Shown here piece by piece: positions 19,216 to 29,100 of a DNA stretch of 64,000 bases. The number at the start of each line of letters is the position of its first letter. Position 1 is the stretch's first letter. The stretch is from Bacteroidaceae bacterium. GTDB lineage: Bacteria > Bacteroidota > Bacteroidia > Bacteroidales > Bacteroidaceae. The position numbers were made by a program, and so were the translations under genes. Under the pieces are notes generated by a model. It ran no database searches and was not told the DNA's origin. It saw nothing but the letters and a program-made list of their open reading frames with translations. The stretch covers positions 6,784 through 70,783 of the forward strand of contig CAAGLF010000027.1 of NCBI GenBank assembly GCA_900770705.1. The letters are read 5' to 3'.

Positions 19216-19250
19216 TGCAACCCGGTTGCAGGTGTAAAGGCGTATCTTTG
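19216..19250 (+). promoter_or_regulatory. Metal-ATPase promoter with palindrome TGCAAC-N3-GTTGCA
   Basis: TGCAACCCGGTTGCA at 19216-19230; TATCTTTG -7 box at 19243-19250. Confidence 0.6.
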
Positions 19251-19277
19251 TCCCATCAACGATAACGATTCTGGCAG

Positions 19278-21215
19278 ATGAGTGCACATTCCCACGCTTC
19301 CGGAACTTCCTGTTCCACCTCGGGCTGCGGTTGCGGCTGCGGCTGTGGCCATTCCCACGGCGGCGCCTCCCCCTGGCGTCCCATCCTCTTTTCCGCCCTG
19401 CTGCTGGCCATCGGTCTGGCGGCCGACTGCTGCCGCCTGTGGGGCCCGGGCCACGTGGCCCGGCCGCTGTTCTACCTCGTGGCCTACCTGCCCGTGGCCC
19501 TACCGGTGTGGCGCGGAATGTGGGCGGCCTTGCGGCGTGGTGAATGGTTCTCGGAATTCCTGCTGATGGCCGTGGCATCGGCCTGTGCCTATGCCCTGAG
19601 GGATTATCCCGAGGCGGTAGCCGTCGTTTTCCTCTATCAAATCGGCGAGACCTTGCAGGAAGGCGCTGTTGACAGGGCGAAAGGCAATATCCGCAGGCTC
19701 GGCGGTCTGCGTCCCACGGCGATACAGGTAGAGACGGAGGCGGGCTTGCGCACGAAGTCGGCGGCCGAAGTACGGCCGGGCGACATCGTATGCGTTCCGG
19801 CCGGTGGACGTGTGCCGGTCGACGGCGTACTGCTCGACAGCGCGTCGGAATTCGGCACGGCGGCCCTCACCGGCGAGCCTTTGCCCCGGCTGGTAGCGGC
19901 GGGAGGCGAGGTGGAGGCGGGAATGACCGTCGTGAGCAGGCCGGTGCGCCTCCGTACGCTGCGCAGTGAGGAGGAAAGCGCCCTGGGCCGCATTGCCCGG
20001 CTGGTGGAAGAGGCGGCAGGCCGGAAAGCGCCTGCCGAACGCTTCATCCGCAGCTTTGCCCGCGTCTATACCCCTGTGGTGGTGCTGGCGGCCGCCCTGC
20101 TGTTTCTGACGGCCACGGCTCTGGGCGGCGATTGGACCGTCTGGGCGCATCGTTCGCTGACCTTTCTCGTCGTTTCCTGTCCCTGTGCGCTGGTCATCAG
20201 CGTACCGTTGGCCTACTTCCGCGGTATCGGCGTCGCCGCTTCGCGCGGCATACTCTTCAAGGGCAGCGGCTTTGTCGACACGCTGGCCGTGGTCGACGCC
20301 TTTGTCTTCGACAAGACGGGCACGCTCACCGAGGGCGTTCCTGTCTGTACGGGTTTCGAAGTGACGGCCACGACGCTGGGAGCGGCGGAAGTCCTGCAAA
20401 TGGCCCTTTCCGTCGAGCAGCGTAGCGCACATCCGCTGGCACGCGCCATTGCGGCCTATGCCACTGCGCAGGGTGTGCGTCCACTGCCTGCCACCGACGT
20501 CTGCGAGGAGGCGGGTCGCGGAATCTCGGGCACGGTGGACGGCCGCAGGGTTGTCCTGCAGGCCGCCTCGTCCGCTCCCGGCGCCTGCGAGGCCGCTGCG
20601 ACGGCCATTGCCTGCTGTGTGGACGGCCGGGAGGCAGGCGTGTTCCGCGTGGAAGACACCCTGAGGGCCGAGGCCGCCAGCGCCTTGTCCGAACTACGCG
20701 CCGCAGGCATTGCCGAACTGGCTATCCTCTCGGGCGATACGACGGAGAATGTGGCCCGGCTGGCCCGGCAGCTGGGAATTACGGCCTACGAGGGCGGACT
20801 CCTGCCGGCCGAAAAGCTCTACAGGCTTGACCGTCTGCGCCGCAGGTACCCGAAGGTGGCCTACGTGGGCGATGGTATCAACGATACGCCCGTACTGGCT
20901 GCCGCCGATGTGGGCTTTGCCATAGGCACGGGCAGCGACACGGCCCTGGAGACGGCCGACGTGGTGGTGCAGGGCAACGAGCTGCACCGGCTGGCCGACG
21001 CCCTGCGCATAGCCCGCCGCACGCGGGTCGTGGCCCGGCTGAATATCGCGCTGGCACTTGCAGTCAAGGCCGTGGTGCTGGTGCTCGGCGCCTTGGGACT
21101 GGCAGGTATGTGGGCCGCCATCCTTGCGGATACGGGCGTAGCCCTGCTCTGCGTGGCTGTCACCTTCGGCGTGCGCCCCCCGCAGACCCGCCGGCAGCCA
21201 CATCCGGCAGCCTGA
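19278..21215 (+). CDS. Heavy-metal translocating P1B-type ATPase (Zn/Cd-type)
   Basis: Cys/His-rich N-tail, LTGEP, SCPCAL, DKTGT, HP, GDGIND, TM Lys and ADTG. Confidence 0.93.
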   Translation: MSAHSHASGTSCSTSGCGCGCGCGHSHGGASPWRPILFSALLLAIGLAADCCRLWGPGHVARPLFYLVAYLPVALPVWRGMWAALRRGEWFSEFLLMAVASACAYALRDYPEAVAVVFLYQIGETLQEGAVDRAKGNIRRLGGLRPTAIQVETEAGLRTKSAAEVRPGDIVCVPAGGRVPVDGVLLDSASEFGTAALTGEPLPRLVAAGGEVEAGMTVVSRPVRLRTLRSEEESALGRIARLVEEAAGRKAPAERFIRSFARVYTPVVVLAAALLFLTATALGGDWTVWAHRSLTFLVVSCPCALVISVPLAYFRGIGVAASRGILFKGSGFVDTLAVVDAFVFDKTGTLTEGVPVCTGFEVTATTLGAAEVLQMALSVEQRSAHPLARAIAAYATAQGVRPLPATDVCEEAGRGISGTVDGRRVVLQAASSAPGACEAAATAIACCVDGREAGVFRVEDTLRAEAASALSELRAAGIAELAILSGDTTENVARLARQLGITAYEGGLLPAEKLYRLDRLRRRYPKVAYVGDGINDTPVLAAADVGFAIGTGSDTALETADVVVQGNELHRLADALRIARRTRVVARLNIALALAVKAVVLVLGALGLAGMWAAILADTGVALLCVAVTFGVRPPQTRRQPHPAA

Positions 21216-21249
21216 GAGGAGGCGGAGCAGAGCGGGCCGGCGGCCCATC

Positions 21250-21341
21250 AGAAAATACCTCGGCGACAGGAAAAACTGTCGCCGAGGTATTTTCTTTTTT
21301 TGCGGCGGAAAAAAACTTTATCGCCGCAGAAGTTTCGCCTT
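21250..21341. repeat. 21-bp-periodic array, copy 5, containing perfect 20-bp IR (probable bidirectional terminator)
   Basis: Units at 21258, 21279, 21300, 21321; IR AGAAAATACCTCGGCGACAG (21250-21269)/CTGTCGCCGAGGTATTTTCT (21276-21295), loop GAAAAA; between convergent genes. Confidence 0.85.
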
Positions 21342-22436
21342 CCCCTTTGTGAGCCATTTCCCTGCCGTCCGGAAGGGGAGGGCCGCCCACAGAATGTCGA
21401 AAAGCCGCGTAGCCAGCGGGCTCAACAGCGCCGACAGCAGCAGCGAGCAGCCGAACACGCCGACGCTGACGCCTGTCAGGCAGGCCAGCAGCCACGGGGA
21501 GTCCGCCATGCTCCTCAGGTCGAACACCTGGTGCCACAGCCAGTGGCGCACCACGGGGTGGTCGTGCAGCAGATAGACGCCGAAGGTGAATGGAGCCGCC
21601 CGGCAGATCCATTGCGCGAGCCGGCCCGAGGGCAGGGTAAGCCCCTGTGCCCACCGAAAGAGCAGCAGGGCGGAAATGAAGTGGGTGCCGTTGTACGCAC
21701 CAACGATGAGCGAAGTGGCCGTGCCCCCGCTCCTCCATAGTCCGACGCTCCAGGCCGCTACGGCCGTGGCCAGACAGAAGCCGAGGTAGGCCGTGCCGAA
21801 ATGCCTCCACCGCGGACGGCCCGCCCACAGGCGCAGAAAGCCGCCCGTCAGATAGAGGAAGATGAAGAACAGCAGAGAGTTGTTGCCGCTGAACAGCTCG
21901 CCGTACAGGAAACGCCCGAACTTCAGGTTCAGCAGGGCCAGTATGCCCAGCAACAGGGCATATTCCTTCCGCGACAGCCCCTGGGCGAGGCGCGACAGGA
22001 ACGGGGCGAGCGCCAGCAGGGCCACGTAGCGCGTCACAAACCAATACACGTCGTTGCGGAGCGGCAGCAGGAAGCCCCACTGCCATTCGCTGCCCGCCAC
22101 CTGGCCCGGAAGCACGAGCAGAAGCGGAGCCACGAGGGCGAACAGCAGCGTCTGCCACCAAATCCGGCAGAGCTTGCGCCACTTACCGCTGCCTGTAATG
22201 AGAAAATAGCCCGTGATAAGAATGTATATATTCACACCTACGGAGCATAAGTTCAGCCACACTTGCACCAGCAGGCCATTTACGAGGCCGCACTGCGGCG
22301 GTGCGGAAAACGAGGGCGGATGATAGAAAACGTCGAGGCCATGCGTGGAAGTGTGCAGCGCCACGATGAAGAACATAGCCAGCAGTCGGAGCAATTCATA
22401 CTGCGGAAGGCGAGGGGAGGAGGTCTCTAATTTCAT
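21318..22436 (-). CDS. Acyltransferase-3 family membrane protein
   Basis: ELLRLLAMFFIVALH, VNIYILITGYF, YWFVTRY, TFGVYLLH; TACATTTG -7 box at 22499-22506 (minus). Confidence 0.85.
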   Translation of the reverse strand: MKLETSSPRLPQYELLRLLAMFFIVALHTSTHGLDVFYHPPSFSAPPQCGLVNGLLVQVWLNLCSVGVNIYILITGYFLITGSGKWRKLCRIWWQTLLFALVAPLLLVLPGQVAGSEWQWGFLLPLRNDVYWFVTRYVALLALAPFLSRLAQGLSRKEYALLLGILALLNLKFGRFLYGELFSGNNSLLFFIFLYLTGGFLRLWAGRPRWRHFGTAYLGFCLATAVAAWSVGLWRSGGTATSLIVGAYNGTHFISALLLFRWAQGLTLPSGRLAQWICRAAPFTFGVYLLHDHPVVRHWLWHQVFDLRSMADSPWLLACLTGVSVGVFGCSLLLSALLSPLATRLFDILWAALPFRTAGKWLTKGKAKLLRR

Positions 22437-22632
22437 AATCAGTGCGTTATGCGGGAAATGCCGGCCCCGGAAGGTTCGCCGTCCGGCTTTTCCGGCTGCA
22501 AATGTAGGCATTAAAACCGTCACGCGGCGTCCTCTACACCCGTTTTCACCGAATAATGTTCATATTCCGACTTTCCGTAACGGCGAAATGTCGAAAAACA
22601 TATTTTTTTTTGGCCTAACCACCATTTTACGT

Positions 22633-22640
22633 TACCTTTG
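22633..22640 (+). promoter_or_regulatory. -7 promoter element for first T9SS cargo gene
   Basis: TACCTTTG. Confidence 0.65.
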
Positions 22641-22712
22641 TGGCCGACTATCAGCACGGAGTTGCCGTTTTTCTCCGTTGTGATTACAAATTGTCGGCAA
22701 ATACACATACTT

Positions 22713-25700
22713 ATGAAGCATATTTATACAATAGTCGGCCTCTGTATTGGCCTTTCCGCCATTTCTACGGAAACGATGGCGCAGCAAGAAAAGAAAATCT
22801 TGCATTCCTATTCGTATGGTGACCTCTATAACGGCACGCACAACACCTCTACCGTCACGGGCGCCAAGCATTATTTCTATGCCGCCGACGGACGCCTGAT
22901 GAGAAGCGTGGAAAGCGACGTTTACCTGGGGGACGCCGTGGAAACCGCCGAGAAAGAAGAAGCAGGGCAGGAGATACCGCGCGTTTACTACACATATATA
23001 TATAATGAGGCGGGCCTGCTCACCGAAGTGACCGCACGAAAATACGGTGTCTACGATGTCTACGACCGTGCCTGGGAGGCAGCTTCCACTGTCGAGGAAT
23101 ATACCTACACTCCCGAGGGGAAAGTCAGCACGAAGACCGACCAGAGCTCCACATATACCTATACCTGGGACGGCGACAACTGCGTAAGGCTCACTGTACG
23201 TAGCAAGTCGACAGGCAAGGTCAGCTATACGGCCACCTACAGCGACTTCGTGGAAGGGAAAGTCAACCTTCCGCAGACCGAACTCTACGGCTCGGCCTAC
23301 CAGTATGCCAGCAAGAAATACAAGCACGAATACGATGCCGCCGGACACCGCGTGAAGACCACCGAGTACAAGGTGGTGGAAGACGCCAGCCTCGTGAAGG
23401 ACGAGGAAATGGCCATCCTGGAATACACCGAGGGCAACGTGTATGCCCAGCAGGAATGGACGTACGACGCCGAGGGCGACCTGACGCTCGTCCTCAAGAG
23501 CTATGCTTCCGCCGACGGCTTCACGCCCTCGACCAAGAGCGAATATGAAAAGCAGGACGACGGCGGCATACTCTACACCGGCTATTCCTACAGCAACGGC
23601 AAGTGGGTGTACTATGGCTCGTCCAAGAAAGAATACTACGGAACCCCCGACGCCGAACTCGCACCCGTAGCCGTCAGTCTTGTGGCCTCCGACAGCCAGC
23701 CCAACACGCTGGCCGTCAGTGCTGAAGTGCCCCAGACGGCAGACGTAAGCGCCTGGAAGATTTACCGCAACGGAATGCTGCTGGCCGAAGTGCCCGCTAC
23801 TGCAGGCCAGGTGGCCTATACGGACGCCTGGGTGCACAATGGAGATTGGGAATACTACGTGCAGGGAGCCGACGGAAGCATCTCCGATGTCCTTACGGCC
23901 TCATTCGCCACAGAGCTGGCTCTGCCCGTCAACATCCGGGTGGTTGCCAATGGCAAGAACACGGCTGGAAAATACGAAGTCCGCCTGGTATGGGAGCGTC
24001 CCGACACGCAACTCGAGATTCTGGGCTACAACGTGTACAGCGGCTACGCAAAAACCAGCACGAACCCCAGTCCCGTCAACGGTCAGACCCTCGTGACAGC
24101 CACCAACTACACCCTGACGTGGGACAGCAGCAGCGAAACCGCACAGTACTACAACGTCGAGGCTGTCTACCGCATTGGAAAGGCACGCTCCGAGACCTTC
24201 GATGTCACCTTGTCCAGCGCCCCGATCGTCGTGGTCAAGGATACGCGCCGCCTGGAGCACATCACGTACTCCCTGGGCGACGCCATGGGCACGGGAAACG
24301 CTGAAAGCCCCTCTTCCTACAGGGAGAATTTCTACGACAAGGACTATCGCCTCACGCGCAGCATTCAGTATCAGTGCAGCAGTGCCGGTAGTGACCCCGA
24401 ACCCTACTATTATTATAAATATGTCTACGACGTAGCCGGCAACCTCGTAGAAACCAGCTACAGACAGCGTGGCGTGTACGACGGCAACGAACTTGCCTGG
24501 GGCGATGTCCGCGTGACGGAGACAAACGAGTACGACACCGACAGCCACCTCGTCCGCAAGAGCTCGTACGACGGCTCCGTCATCGACTACACCTACGACG
24601 GAGACCACTTGGTGGGCGAAACGAAGTACATCGGCGACAAGTGGAGCTACACCCTCGCATATAGCGACTTCCTCGAAGGCTTCGACAATCTCCCGCAGCG
24701 CGCACTGAAAGACGGTACCTATACCAGTTCGCAGCGCATCATCGAATATACGTACGACGACGGCGGCCGTATGACCTCCGCCACCACGTATAAGTTGGGT
24801 GAGATGAGCCGTGACGAGAACAATGTGCTCCTCGACGCCGAAAAAGGCACGCCCGACCTCTACGAGACGTGGACCTACAACGACGAAGGGACCCTGACAC
24901 AGTATGTGAAGCAGCGCTGGAACACGACAGACGAGGCCTGGAGAAACTATCTCCGCACGGAATACACGATTTCCGGCGACACCATCACGAAGAACAGCTT
25001 CAGTTGCAGCATAGTCAAGGGCGAAGAGAAGTGGACCGTTGCTTCCGGAACGGATTCCCGCACGATAATGGGCGAATATGATGGTGTAGCACCGCTTAAC
25101 ACCACGGTAGCGATTGTCAGCGGCGAAGTAAATACCGTCAGAGTGTCGGCAGACGCACCTGCGGCTGACGAAGGCACCCTTTGGAACGTCTTCCGCAACG
25201 GAGTGGTCGTGGGACAGGCCGAATTGTCGGGTGGAAAACTTATTTACACCGACGCGATGGTGCCTAACGGCGACTACGACTACTTTATCCAGGCGGCAGC
25301 CACGGAGGAGAAGCCCGTAGCCAACATTTCCACTGCCGTCGCAAAGAGTTTCAGCTATGAATTCCCCGTTGTCGAGAACCTGCGCATTGTCAGCAACGCC
25401 ATGCGTGAGCTTACTCCCGCTGAAATCGCACAACTGGGCGACCCCGGAGATTCCGACGCCGTGATACCCACCGGCAAGTACCTGCTCTCGGTAGAGTGGG
25501 ACGCCCCCGAGGCGAACTTGCCCATACTTGGATACAACATCTACGTGGATATCAATCCCGATCTGGACAATCCGATGTTCGACAACCCCTCCATTATCGA
25601 GGAATGTGCCTACAGTTTCTCCTGGTACAACGATACGAACCCGCAGAAGACACTTACGGTTGAGACTGTCTTCCCGATTGGAAAATCCCGCAGCGAAGCC

Positions 25701-25955
25701 TTCCCCGTCACCCTCAGTACGACGCCTGTCGGCATAGAGAAGGTGGAGAACCACGGTGGCATTTCCATCTCGGACGGCAGCGTTTCGTTCGGCAGCGTCC
25801 CGAGCGACGTGCAGGTCTGCAATGCAGCCGGCCAGGTCGTTGCCCGGTATTCGCAGGTGCTCACGGCGCCGCTCTCCGGCCTTGAAAAAGGTTGTTATGT
25901 GCTCAAAATCAGCAACTCCTGTGGCGTAAAGACGTTGAAGTTGCTCAGAAAGTAA
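22713..25955 (+). CDS. Secreted T9SS cargo protein with two tandem [YD-like repeat + 2 Fn3-like] modules
   Basis: Signal peptide; YxYD-type repeats; internal duplication; C-terminal GCYVLKI...KTLKLLRK CTD. Confidence 0.8.
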   Translation: MKHIYTIVGLCIGLSAISTETMAQQEKKILHSYSYGDLYNGTHNTSTVTGAKHYFYAADGRLMRSVESDVYLGDAVETAEKEEAGQEIPRVYYTYIYNEAGLLTEVTARKYGVYDVYDRAWEAASTVEEYTYTPEGKVSTKTDQSSTYTYTWDGDNCVRLTVRSKSTGKVSYTATYSDFVEGKVNLPQTELYGSAYQYASKKYKHEYDAAGHRVKTTEYKVVEDASLVKDEEMAILEYTEGNVYAQQEWTYDAEGDLTLVLKSYASADGFTPSTKSEYEKQDDGGILYTGYSYSNGKWVYYGSSKKEYYGTPDAELAPVAVSLVASDSQPNTLAVSAEVPQTADVSAWKIYRNGMLLAEVPATAGQVAYTDAWVHNGDWEYYVQGADGSISDVLTASFATELALPVNIRVVANGKNTAGKYEVRLVWERPDTQLEILGYNVYSGYAKTSTNPSPVNGQTLVTATNYTLTWDSSSETAQYYNVEAVYRIGKARSETFDVTLSSAPIVVVKDTRRLEHITYSLGDAMGTGNAESPSSYRENFYDKDYRLTRSIQYQCSSAGSDPEPYYYYKYVYDVAGNLVETSYRQRGVYDGNELAWGDVRVTETNEYDTDSHLVRKSSYDGSVIDYTYDGDHLVGETKYIGDKWSYTLAYSDFLEGFDNLPQRALKDGTYTSSQRIIEYTYDDGGRMTSATTYKLGEMSRDENNVLLDAEKGTPDLYETWTYNDEGTLTQYVKQRWNTTDEAWRNYLRTEYTISGDTITKNSFSCSIVKGEEKWTVASGTDSRTIMGEYDGVAPLNTTVAIVSGEVNTVRVSADAPAADEGTLWNVFRNGVVVGQAELSGGKLIYTDAMVPNGDYDYFIQAAATEEKPVANISTAVAKSFSYEFPVVENLRIVSNAMRELTPAEIAQLGDPGDSDAVIPTGKYLLSVEWDAPEANLPILGYNIYVDINPDLDNPMFDNPSIIEECAYSFSWYNDTNPQKTLTVETVFPIGKSRSEAFPVTLSTTPVGIEKVENHGGISISDGSVSFGSVPSDVQVCNAAGQVVARYSQVLTAPLSGLEKGCYVLKISNSCGVKTLKLLRK

Positions 25956-26079
25956 ACCGATAGCGGAAGTGAGGAAATGTCCCGCGGCGCAGGTCTGTCG
26001 GCAGGGCATTTCCTTTCTTCCTTTTGGGTTGGGAAGCATACATTATTCTTCTGCAACTATTTCCATACCCTGATTAATA

Positions 26080-26087
26080 TAGCTTTG
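26080..26087 (+). promoter_or_regulatory. -7 promoter element for second T9SS cargo gene
   Basis: TAGCTTTG 20 nt before ATG; preceded by hairpin at ~25972-26013. Confidence 0.55.
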
Positions 26088-26106
26088 CAGCTGACTCCTC
26101 AAATCT

Positions 26107-29100
26107 ATGAAGAAGTTTTTTACCCTTATTGCCGCCTGCGCGTTTACGTCTGTGCTGTCTGCGCAGAAACCCTTGGTTCTGATGGCCCCCGACGTGCAGG
26201 TGGAATATCAGATTTCGGCTATATCGCCCAATGGGATGTGGGTCTGTGGCAACGTCAACGACGGTGAGCCGCGCGGTTTCCGTTGGAATTTGTCGACCAA
26301 CGACTTTATGCAGCTCTCTGCCATCGGTGATCATTCGACTGCCATGGGTATTTCAAACGACGGCACTGTGGTGGGCTCCTTCTACGACGCCGAGGCCACG
26401 AGCAACGGCACTCAGGCCATCGCTGCCGGCTATTGGAAAGACGGCACGTGGCATCATCTTGATTTGGGCGGCTATGTGAACGACATCGATGCCGGAAGCT
26501 GGGCCTACTGCATTAGTCCGAACGGCCGGAACATAGGTGGCATTGCCTGTCTCGACGGAAAGTTCCTTCCCGTCAGCTGGACGGACGGCCGCTTCAACGT
26601 CTATGAATCGCAGGAGGGCGCCGTGTACGCCATCAGCGATGATGGGGAAATGGCTGCCGGCTGGACGCTTCACCCCACCGCCCGCAATCGCACCGCCTGC
26701 CTTTGGACGCCCGACTCCCTGCTGCTCAATCCCTCGGAGTGGGGCCCTTGGAGCGTGGCCGGCAGCATCTCGGCCAACAAGCGTATGGTGCTGGCCGGCA
26801 CGGTGCTGTACGACATTGAAGCGCAGCAGCTGACCCGTCTGCCGCAGGACATCGGAATGGGCTGCGAGTTCGCACAAGTGGCCAATTCGGGCAATGTCGT
26901 GGGATATTACCTCGACTCTCTGCGCCAATTCCGCGGCGTATACTATAAAGACGGCGAGCTGCTTGATATGCAGACCTATCTGGAAGCGCAGGGCGCCGAC
27001 CTAAGCAACTTCACCGTGCTGCAATGCAACGGTGTCTCGGCCGACGAGCGCACTTTCGCCCTGATGGTCTACGACACGCTGGAGATACCGCATCCGCTCG
27101 TCGTGAAATTCGATGCCGAGACGGAGTTTCCCGCTCCTGTGGGCCTGCAGGCTGTGCAGATGCCGGGGCTTTCTACGTGCAAGCTGTCCTGGAAGGCGCC
27201 TTTGGTACGCGCCGAGGCCGTCACCGGCTATAGCATTTTCCGCGATGGTGCACATTTGGCCGACGTCGGCGCCGACACTTTCGTCTACTACGACGCCCTG
27301 CTCGCCGAGGGCAGCTATGCCTATGCTGTGGTGGCGAACTACGGCGAAACTTCCTCGGAGAAAATTGAAATTTCCACCGCAGAAATTGCTCTTTCCGCCG
27401 CAGAACTTCCGCGTAACGCCGCAGTCGTACAAGCTAACTGTACCGACGTGCGCCTTTTCTGGGATGCACCGGCTCCCAACCTGCCCACACTTTCCTATAT
27501 GGAGCCGACCGACAAGATATTCTCGTTTGGCGGAGGCGAGAACTCCTTTGAATTTGCTGTTCGCTTCGACAAACGCGACCTGGCCTGCTACGAAGGCTAT
27601 ACGATACAGGACATACAGTTCATTCCGATGTCTGAGCAGAAGAGTTGGACGGTCAATATCTATGAAGAAGGTAACGCCACGCCGATTTATTCCGAGGAAG
27701 TCAGCTCTGCCGGCTTTGTATACGGCGCGCTCAACGCCGTACACCTCACGGAAGCCGTGTCTGTCCCTGCGGGCAAGGACGTCATCGTCTCTGTGGCCGT
27801 CGACGTCACCGGTTTCGGCGGTTATGATGTGGTTGGCGTGGTCTTCAACCGCAAGACGGCGGGCTTCACCGATCTGCTCAGGCAGGTAGGCGAAGAAAAC
27901 TTCTTCTCTCTTTACGAACAGGCCCTCGTATCCGAAACGGGCGCCTACGAATACGCTGTCACCTGGCCGCTCTGCCTCAGCCTGCGCAACGCTTCGCTGA
28001 AGAATGCCGCCACGCTGGATCATTACAATGTATATGCCGACGGCCGCCTGCTCACCACGACGAAGGAATGCCGCCACACGCTGGTCGGCGAGGCTGAAGG
28101 CTTGCACGAATACGGCGTTTCGGCCACGTACAAGGATGGCTCAACCTCCCCGCTGGCCACCGTGCAGTTCGACCTCCGGGAAAATCCTGCCTACTATGCG
28201 CCGGCCGAGCCCCTTCTGACCACGGAGGGCCTGCAGGTGCAGGCTGCCTGGGAAGCACCGGTGGCCAACGACCGTCAGACGGTGAGCTATGCGCTTGGCG
28301 AGTACTACAGCGCAGTCTCCTCGTCCGACAACAGCTATATGGCAAAGACCATCTACTCCCGCGAGCGCCTGAAGTATCTCGAGGGGTACCAGATCGACGC
28401 CCTGCGGTTCTATCCCGTGGCCGATGCAGACTACACGCTCTATCTTTATAAGGACGGAGAAGAGATTTTCTGCGAGTCCCTCGACCGGGAGACGGGTTAC
28501 GCGCTGGAGGACTGGAACGAAGTGAAGCTCCCCGTGCCTGTCACCATCGAGCAGAACGCTACCTATGAATACATTATCGACTGTTACGACATCGCCGACG
28601 GCGAGGGTGCGCTCGGTATCGACGACAAGCTGGCCTTTGTCGGCATTTCCGACCTGTACTCCACCGACGATGGCGCCTCCTTCCTCTCTATGGCGCAGAA
28701 CGGCGGCTCCAACCACAACTGGATGATGGATCTGCAAGTCTCTAGCCCCGACTCGCAGCCCATCGACGTCGTGGGTTACGACGTGCTCATCGACAACGTG
28801 AAGGACAACGCCGAGCCGCTCAGCGAAACTGCCTATACGAAGACCTTCCCCCAAGCCGGCACCTACCAGCTGGCTGTGCGCACCCTCTACGACGAAGCCC
28901 ACACCGCGCAGAGCCGCTCCCTCTGGTTCTCGCTCAAGGCCACGGGCATTGACCGCCTTGATACGCAGACCTTCCGGCTCGACCGCAGTGCCGACGGAGC
29001 CTACTTACGTGTCGAGGGCGGCGTGTCGCAGCTCGACCTCTACGACGCATCGGGACGAAAGGCCGCTTCGGCTGCGGCCGACGTGCTCCGTCTGACCCAT

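Noticed and set aside
22713..25955. RHS/polymorphic toxin call for the YD-like protein
   Set aside because: No RHS core DPxG motif, no toxin tip or immunity gene; ends in a T9SS CTD
23901..26039. Long antisense/alternate-frame ORFs (e.g. 712 aa here, 47226-48782, 56857-58398)
   Set aside because: Shadow ORFs of GC-rich genes; no recognisable motifs and they overlap well-supported CDSs
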